DNA from: an uncultured Candidatus Rokubacteria bacterium | GTDB taxonomy: Bacteria; Methylomirabilota; Methylomirabilia; Rokubacteriales; CSP1-6 | DNA length: 64,000 bases | Direction: 5' to 3' | NCBI GenBank assembly: GCA_963771355.1 | Contig: CAVYTA010000005.1 | Location: 320,001 to 384,000, forward strand | Shown: positions 58,212 through 64,000 of the stretch, piece after piece | Position numbering within the stretch: the stretch's first letter is position 1 | Layout: every line of letters starts with the position of its first letter | The notes under the pieces: generated by a model | Databases searched by the model: none | Seen by the model: only the letters and a program-made list of their open reading frames with translations | Told to the model about the DNA's origin: nothing | Made by a program: the position numbers and the translations under genes

Positions 58212-59315
58212 ATGAACCGTCGACAGCTCCTCAAGCTCGGCTTCGTCGCCAGCGGCACCTTCGCTGTTGGAGGGCTCGCGCGGCTCGGCACGCGGACGGC
58301 CTCGGCTCAGATCGGCTCCGTGCCCACGGTGGACCGGCTGGTCCTCACCAATGTCGTGGACAATATCTACGACGTCTTCGCCAAGGCGGGCCGGCTCGAC
58401 ACCATCACGGTGCAGCGCACGCCGGTGGGGCCCGCCCCGCTGCTCGCCGAGCACGGGCTCGCGTATCACATCGAGTCGCATCGCGGCGCCGAGCAGCGCC
58501 AGATCCTGCTGGACTTCAGCCTCACCGACATCAACCTGTTCAACAACTACCAGTCGCTCAAGGTGGATCCCTACGCGGCGGACGCCCTCATTCTGAGCCA
58601 CGGCCACCGGGACCACTACGGCGCGCTACCGACGCTGGCGCGGCTGGGGCAGGGGAAGTTCAGGACCGGCACCACCGTGTACGCGGGCGGCGAGGACACT
58701 TTCTGCGCGCGGGTGGTGGTGACCAACGCCGGGAACCTCGACCAGGGTCGGCTCGACGCGCCGGCGCTGGAGGCCCTGGGCCTGCGGGTCGCGCTCGCCA
58801 AGCAGCCGACGATCGTGGCCGGCCATGCCTTCACCTCGGGCCAGATCGCCCGTGTCACCGACTTCGAGCGGCCGCCGGGGTCGGCGCGGCTCGTCGCCGG
58901 GCCGCCGGACTCGGCCTGCGCGGTCACGCATTTCGGGCTCACCCAGGTGGTGGCCAATCCGGGCGAGCTGGTGCCCGATACCTTCCAGGGGGAGCATGCG
59001 ACCGCCTTCCACGTCCGGGACCGCGGACTGGTGGTGATCACCTCCTGCGGTCATGCCGGCGTGATCAACTCGGTGCGGCAGGTCCAGAAGGCTACCGGGA
59101 TCGACAAGGTCCACGCCGTCGTGGGTGGCTTCCATCTCGCCCCCGCCTCCGATGAAGTGGTGGCCAGGACGGTCGCCGCCTTCAAGGCCATCAACCCCGA
59201 CTACATCATTCCCATGCACTGCACCGGGCTCAACACCATCTTCGCCGTCCAGCGCGAGCTGCCGGCCAAGCTCGTGATGCCCTCGACCGGCACCCGGGTG
59301 CTCTTCGGCGCCTGA
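58212..59315 (+). CDS. Tat-exported metallo-beta-lactamase-fold hydrolase
   Basis: MNRRQLLK twin-arginine leader; AEHGL, LSHGHRDHYG, SCGHAG, GGFHL, PMHCTG. Confidence 0.88.
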   Translation: MNRRQLLKLGFVASGTFAVGGLARLGTRTASAQIGSVPTVDRLVLTNVVDNIYDVFAKAGRLDTITVQRTPVGPAPLLAEHGLAYHIESHRGAEQRQILLDFSLTDINLFNNYQSLKVDPYAADALILSHGHRDHYGALPTLARLGQGKFRTGTTVYAGGEDTFCARVVVTNAGNLDQGRLDAPALEALGLRVALAKQPTIVAGHAFTSGQIARVTDFERPPGSARLVAGPPDSACAVTHFGLTQVVANPGELVPDTFQGEHATAFHVRDRGLVVITSCGHAGVINSVRQVQKATGIDKVHAVVGGFHLAPASDEVVARTVAAFKAINPDYIIPMHCTGLNTIFAVQRELPAKLVMPSTGTRVLFGA

Positions 59316-59318
59316 GCG

Positions 59319-59567
59319 TCACTTCGTTCCTTCGGTCACCACCTGCTCGAGGCGGGCGCGCATGCCGCGCTCGCGCTCCAGATCGCCGCGGGTGACCTGG
59401 AGCTCCTCGCGCGCCTTCGCGAGCGCTTCGTCCGCCGCCTCCGCGCGGTGGCGCGCCTGCTCCAGCTCGCCGGCCTGCCGTCCGGCCGGCACGCCCCACC
59501 AGAGATATCCCGCGGTACCTCCCACGAGCAATGCCACCATGGTGACGACGACCACGATGCGGGTCAT
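59319..59567 (-). CDS. Small membrane-anchored coiled-coil protein
   Basis: AGGAGG RBS; N-terminal TM then heptads. Confidence 0.7.
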   Translation of the reverse strand: MTRIVVVVTMVALLVGGTAGYLWWGVPAGRQAGELEQARHRAEAADEALAKAREELQVTRGDLERERGMRARLEQVVTEGTK

Positions 59568-59642
59568 GGCGCTTCCTCCTGTGTCTTATAATCCCTCCAT
59601 CGTGCGGCGCGGGGAACCCGGAAAGTCGCGGAGGATCTATCG

Positions 59643-60266
59643 GTGATCGTGACGCGATGGGGCCGCGCGATCCGCACCGCGGGGGCGGCGCTGCTCCTGG
59701 CCGGATGCGCGTCCGCCGTCGACGTCATCGCCACGAGCCCGTCCGCCACCAGTCAGCTGCTCGTGTTCCGCGCTCTCGAGCGGGCCGTCGCCGACCTCGA
59801 TCTGACGCGGCTGCGAGGCCGCCGGGTGGCCCTCGAAGTCATCTCTCAGCTCGGCGAGCTCGGCCTGGAAAAAGAGCCGAAATTCGCCGCCGCATATCTC
59901 GAGACGTGGCTGCGCACCAAGGGCGTCGAGGTGGGCGCCGACCATCCGGAGCTCCGCCTGCACGCTTATCTGCTGACCCTGGGATCGGATCGCGGCCAGA
60001 CTTTCGTGGGCATTCCCGCGTTCCAGGTCCCCGTGCTCACCATCCCAGTTCCGGAGATCGCGCTCTTCAAGTGGGTGCGAAACCGGGGCCGGGCGGACCT
60101 CCGTGTCTACGCGTTCGACGCCACGCAGAGAACCTTTGTCGAGGTGCTCCCCGACACGACCGGACGCTCGAAGTTCGACGACTTCACGATCCTGCTGGTG
60201 GCGGGCTTCACGGTGACGGACCTCGAGGAGCCCCTCCCGGGCACGCCGCCGCGCAAGCAGCCCTGA
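59643..60266 (+). CDS. Hypothetical lipoprotein
   Basis: Lipobox LLAGC after a hydrophobic stretch. Confidence 0.65.
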   Translation: MIVTRWGRAIRTAGAALLLAGCASAVDVIATSPSATSQLLVFRALERAVADLDLTRLRGRRVALEVISQLGELGLEKEPKFAAAYLETWLRTKGVEVGADHPELRLHAYLLTLGSDRGQTFVGIPAFQVPVLTIPVPEIALFKWVRNRGRADLRVYAFDATQRTFVEVLPDTTGRSKFDDFTILLVAGFTVTDLEEPLPGTPPRKQP

Positions 60267-60296
60267 CGGCTCGCCGCTCGCCCCGCCCGCTTCCGC

Positions 60297-61289
60297 CTAC
60301 TTCTCCTCGAAGCTCGACTGCCAGAAGCGCACGCCCTTGCCCAGATCCTTCCATTCCGCGGCGGGGCGTTTGTCCAGCGACTTGCCGAAGTCGATCGCGG
60401 GTGGCATGCGCAGGTCGTGACCGAGCGTTTCCGGGAAGAGCTTCACCAGCTCCGCGGGCTCGAAGCGATGGTCTGCCTCCAGGCGCCGGATGGCCTGCGG
60501 CTGGGCGAGGAGAGTATAGCCGTAGCCGAAGGAGTGAAAGGCCTGCCCATTGACGTGGGCGGCGGCGTCGCTGGCGAGAAAGACCACCAGGGGCGCCACG
60601 TTGTCGGGATCGCGCTCGGTGCCCTTGGCCTGCTCGCTCGGCCACTTGCCGGTCTGCTCGAAGACCGCACGCCCGCGTGGCGTGGAGTCGATCATGCGCG
60701 TGGCACCGCTGGGCAGGATGGCGTTGCTGGTGACCCCGTACTTGCCCAGCGCGTGCGCGGTGGACCAGGTGAGCCCGAGGATGCCCGCCTTGCCGGCGGC
60801 GTAATTCGGCTGGCCCGGGGAGCCCAGCGCCGACACCGAGGACATGTTGACGATGCGCCCGGCCTTGGCCTCTCGCATGTGGACGGAGGCGGCGCGGATG
60901 GTGTTGAACGTGCCCTTGAGGTGGACGGCCAGCACGATGTCCCACTCTTCCTCGGTCATGTTGAAGATCATGCGGTCCCGGAGGATGCCCGCCACGTTCA
61001 CCACGATGTCGATGCGGCCCCACTCGCGCACCGCCTGCTCCACCATGTCGGTGGCCTGGCCGAAGTCGGACACCGAGCCGAAGTTCGGCACCGCCTGGCC
61101 GCCGGCCTTGACGATCTCGTCCACCACCTGCTGGGCGGGCGACTTGTCGGTACCCTCACCGCCCAGCGCGGCGCCGAGATCGTTGACGACGACCTTGGCC
61201 CCTTCCTTCGCCAACGCGATCGCGATGCCGCGCCCGATGCCGCGGCCCGCCCCGGTCACCACCGCCGTCTTGCCGTCGAGGAGTCCCAT
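60297..61289 (-). CDS. SDR family oxidoreductase (MFE-2/hydroxyacyl-CoA dehydrogenase-like)
   Basis: TGAGRGIG, VVVND, AGILRD, YAAGK. Confidence 0.92.
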   Translation of the reverse strand: MGLLDGKTAVVTGAGRGIGRGIAIALAKEGAKVVVNDLGAALGGEGTDKSPAQQVVDEIVKAGGQAVPNFGSVSDFGQATDMVEQAVREWGRIDIVVNVAGILRDRMIFNMTEEEWDIVLAVHLKGTFNTIRAASVHMREAKAGRIVNMSSVSALGSPGQPNYAAGKAGILGLTWSTAHALGKYGVTSNAILPSGATRMIDSTPRGRAVFEQTGKWPSEQAKGTERDPDNVAPLVVFLASDAAAHVNGQAFHSFGYGYTLLAQPQAIRRLEADHRFEPAELVKLFPETLGHDLRMPPAIDFGKSLDKRPAAEWKDLGKGVRFWQSSFEEK

Positions 61290-62203
61290 CAGGAGCCCTT
61301 CTCCTTTCGTCCGTTCGTGCTGCGTTTGGCCGCGCCGGCGGTGGTCCGCCGAGCGGTTCTCCTGGCCCCGTGCCGAGCGGCCCGATAGTCGCCGAAGCGC
61401 CCGTCGCGCTGGTCGAGCGCGCGCTTGAGGTTGGCCCGCACTTCTTTCCGATACGCCACCGACTCGGGCTGGTGAAAGGCCAGCGCCTGGAGCTCGGTGC
61501 CCGCGCGGATGGCCGCGCGCATGCCCATGATCTCCATCGCGCGATGGACGGAGCGCTTGTTGATCTGCTGCAGCGAGGTGGGGATCTTGGCCACCCGCTC
61601 CGCGATCTCGAGCACACGCGCCTCGAGGCGGGTGGCCGGATAGGCGCGATTGGCCAGCCCGATGCGCGCGGCCTCAGCGCCCGACACCGGATCGCCGGTG
61701 AGCATCAGCTCCATGGCGTGCCGCATGCCTGCGAGCCAAGGGTGGAACTGAGTGTCGGGCGGGCTCATGAGGCGCACCGGCGGATAGCCGATCTGCGCGT
61801 CCTCCGCCACGTAGACGAGGTCGCAGGCGGCGGCCAGCTCGCTGCCGCCGGCGAGGCAATAGCCGTGTACCTGGGCGATCACCGGCTTGGCAAGGTCCCA
61901 GATCTGGAACCAGCCGTCCACCACGTGGCGCGGCCAGTGCCCGTCGCCCCCCGCCGTCGGATAGGGCCGTCCCTGGGTGAGGTCGGCCCCGAGGTCATAG
62001 CCCGCGGAGAAGCAGACCCCGGCGCCACGCACGATGGACACCCGCACGGCGTCGTCCCCGTCGGCGCGGCGGAGGGCGTCGAAGAGCTCGCCGCGCAGCT
62101 CGTTGCTGAGCGCATTGCGCTTCTCGGGCCGGTTGAGCGTCACCCGGCGCACGCCGGGCCGCGGGGAGTCCACCACGATGAAGCGATACGGCGCGCCGGG
62201 CAT
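61289..62203 (-). CDS. Enoyl-CoA hydratase/isomerase family
   Basis: LNRPEKRNAL, FSAGYDL, KPVIAQVHGYCLAGG. Confidence 0.9.
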   Translation of the reverse strand: MPGAPYRFIVVDSPRPGVRRVTLNRPEKRNALSNELRGELFDALRRADGDDAVRVSIVRGAGVCFSAGYDLGADLTQGRPYPTAGGDGHWPRHVVDGWFQIWDLAKPVIAQVHGYCLAGGSELAAACDLVYVAEDAQIGYPPVRLMSPPDTQFHPWLAGMRHAMELMLTGDPVSGAEAARIGLANRAYPATRLEARVLEIAERVAKIPTSLQQINKRSVHRAMEIMGMRAAIRAGTELQALAFHQPESVAYRKEVRANLKRALDQRDGRFGDYRAARHGARRTARRTTAGAAKRSTNGRKEKGS

Positions 62204-62208
62204 CGCGG

Positions 62209-62988
62209 TCAGGCGGAGTCAGGCGGCAGCGCGGCGAGGAACTCGCCCAGCACGCGGTTGAACGCCTCGGGCTGGTCGAGATTGGCCGAGTGCCCGGCCC
62301 CCGCGATCACCTCGAGGCGGGCGCCGGGGATCTTGCCCGCCATGTACCGGCAGGGCGCGAGGAAGGGCTCGTCCTGGTCGCCCACGATGATGAGGGTGGG
62401 CACGCGGATGGCGGGCAGGGTCTCGATGACGCGGCCGTCGTGCTGGGCGAGCATGCCCCGGGCGGCGTGCGCCAGCCACTTCGCCGAGCGATGGTGGCGG
62501 ACCGCATCGCGCATCTCCCGGCTCGAGCCGGCCAGCACGCCGAGGCCGCTGGTCTCCAGCTCCGCGGCCCGGCGGAAGGCGCGCTCGTTCCACGCCGCGC
62601 GTGCCTCCGCGTTCCGGTAGCCGGGGCCCGAGTCGCAGATCACCAGCGCGCGCACCATTTCCGGATACGCCGCGTGGAAGGCGAGGGAGACGTAGCCACC
62701 CAGCGAGAGGCCGCCGACGATCGCCCGCCGTATTCCGAGGTGGACGAGAAGAGCCCGCATGTCGGCCACGGTGTGGTCGGCGGAGTAGTGGGCGGGATCA
62801 TCGGGGCTCTCCGTCTCGCCGTGGCCCCGCATGTCCCAGGTGATCACCTGCCAGCGATCGGCGAGGGCACGGCGCTGGCCGTCCCACATGCGGCCGGTAG
62901 CGCCGAAGCCGTGCGACAGGAGCAGCGCGGGCCCCGCGCCGTCGACGTCATAGTGCAGGCCAGCGCCGTCGACCGCCGCGGTAGACAC
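62209..62988 (-). CDS. Alpha/beta fold hydrolase
   Basis: SHGF, WDMRGHG, GLSLG, AGH. Confidence 0.9.
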   Translation of the reverse strand: MSTAAVDGAGLHYDVDGAGPALLLSHGFGATGRMWDGQRRALADRWQVITWDMRGHGETESPDDPAHYSADHTVADMRALLVHLGIRRAIVGGLSLGGYVSLAFHAAYPEMVRALVICDSGPGYRNAEARAAWNERAFRRAAELETSGLGVLAGSSREMRDAVRHHRSAKWLAHAARGMLAQHDGRVIETLPAIRVPTLIIVGDQDEPFLAPCRYMAGKIPGARLEVIAGAGHSANLDQPEAFNRVLGEFLAALPPDSA

Positions 62989-63003
62989 CGCTATTCTCTT
63001 CCG

Positions 63004-63146
63004 GTGCCGAGTCGAGTGACGAGCCAGACGAGGGCCGAGGGAGGCGTGGGCGCGAAGCGTACGTGAGTGTACGTTGAGCGACCGAGAACGAAGTCTGGCG
63101 ACGTCAATCGGCTCGGCACTACTTGGCGGCTCGGCACTACTTGGCG
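63004..63146. repeat. ~115-bp MITE/REP-like element with long imperfect terminal inverted repeats, plus an 18-bp tandem duplication
   Basis: GTGCCGAGTCGAGTGACGAGCCAGAC pairs with GTCTGGCGACGTCAATCGGCTCGGCAC; CGGCTCGGCACTACTTGG occurs twice at 63109-63144. Confidence 0.7.
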
Positions 63147-63925
63147 CCCGGCGGAGCGCCCATGTCCCGCGCCACCGCGATCTCCCGGCTCTGGTCGCGC
63201 GAGCGCGTGGGGCTGATCACGATCTCCTCGATCACGGTGCGCGCGGGCAGGGTGACGCAGAGGAGGATGGCCTCGGCCACGTCCTCCGGCATCATCATGG
63301 TCGCGCGGGCGGCGGCGTCCGGCGGCATCGGGCGGTTGTCGAGGATGGGCGTGTCCACCTCGGCGGGCATGATGGTGGTGGCGCGGATGCCCTTGTCGCG
63401 GAGCACGGTGTGCACGTGCCCCATCATGTTGCGCTGGGCCGCCTTGGCGGCGCCGTACACCGAGCCGCCGATGAGGCCGGGCTTCAGCGCTGCATAGGAG
63501 GAGACGGTCACGATGGTGCCTCCGCCGCGCTCGATCATGCTGGGCAGCACCGCCTGGGTGAGGAGATAGGCGCCGGTGACGTTGACCGCCATCACCTTTT
63601 CCCACTCCTCCAGCCCGATCCAGCGGAGGTTGCGGACCTTGCTGGAGTGCCCGGCATTGTTGATGAGGACGTCCACCTTGCCGAACTGCGCGAGCGTCCA
63701 CTGGGCCAGCTCCTGGGCCTCGGCGGGCCGGGACACGTCGCCGGGATGCGCCACCGCCTGGCCGCCGGCGCCCGTGATCTCGGCCACCACGTCCTCCAGC
63801 GGCGGCTTGCGCCGCCCGCTGATCACCACGCGCGCCCCTTCCTTCGCCAGCATGAGGGCGGTGCAGCGGCCGATGCCGGTGCCGCCGCCGGTGACGATCG
63901 CGACCTTGCCGTCGAGGCGGGCCAT
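63137..63925 (-). CDS. SDR family oxidoreductase
   Basis: TGGGTGIG, NNAG, YGAAK. Confidence 0.92.
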   Translation of the reverse strand: MARLDGKVAIVTGGGTGIGRCTALMLAKEGARVVISGRRKPPLEDVVAEITGAGGQAVAHPGDVSRPAEAQELAQWTLAQFGKVDVLINNAGHSSKVRNLRWIGLEEWEKVMAVNVTGAYLLTQAVLPSMIERGGGTIVTVSSYAALKPGLIGGSVYGAAKAAQRNMMGHVHTVLRDKGIRATTIMPAEVDTPILDNRPMPPDAAARATMMMPEDVAEAILLCVTLPARTVIEEIVISPTRSRDQSREIAVARDMGAPPGAK

Positions 63926-63934
63926 GGCGCGCGC

Positions 63935-64000
63935 CTAGTAGCCCGGCAGCTTGCCGGCCTTCACGCCCGTCTTCTTGACCGCGGCCGCTTCCTCCGCGGC
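63935..64000 (-). CDS. 3' end of an unidentified gene (partial)
   Basis: AAEEAAAVKKTGVKAGKLPGY-TAG ends 10 bp before the SDR start. Confidence 0.5.
   Translation of the reverse strand, partial: AAEEAAAVKKTGVKAGKLPGY

Overview
GC-rich bacterial DNA with about 58 genes. The gene content (several luciferase-like monooxygenases, SDRs, amidohydrolases, a peptide ABC transporter) resembles Ca. Rokubacteria/Methylomirabilota, but this is inference only. No rRNA, tRNA, CRISPR array, transposase or phage gene was recognised. (i) 1-16.7 kb is a minus-strand accessory locus: signal-peptide TPR-CHAT protease > unknown secreted protein > filamentous-haemagglutinin-type TpsA with internal tandem repeats > TpsB (ShlB/FhaC) > CHASE2 class III nucleotidyl cyclase with non-canonical specificity residues > DUF928. 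A hairpin follows, then a sigma54-type promoter and a subtilase with PKD-like repeats. A 26-bp motif lies upstream of both units. The three exported passenger-type genes are frameshifted, while the four core genes are intact. (ii) 16.8-64 kb is mostly catabolic and housekeeping genes. Notable features there: a candidate cysteine-sensing attenuator (Cys-rich leader peptide, terminator and antiterminator) ahead of a sulfite/nitrite reductase-siroheme operon; a mosaic relic of a displaced dppC-LLM operon; a sigma54-preceded VPLPA/PEP-CTERM gene; a zinc-less plant/fungal-type Fpg; an Asp/Glu-racemase-family protein lacking both catalytic Cys; and several REP/MITE-like elements. Scattered single-base frameshifts suggest long-read consensus errors, so pseudogene calls are provisional. 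All family assignments come from motif recognition, not database searches.
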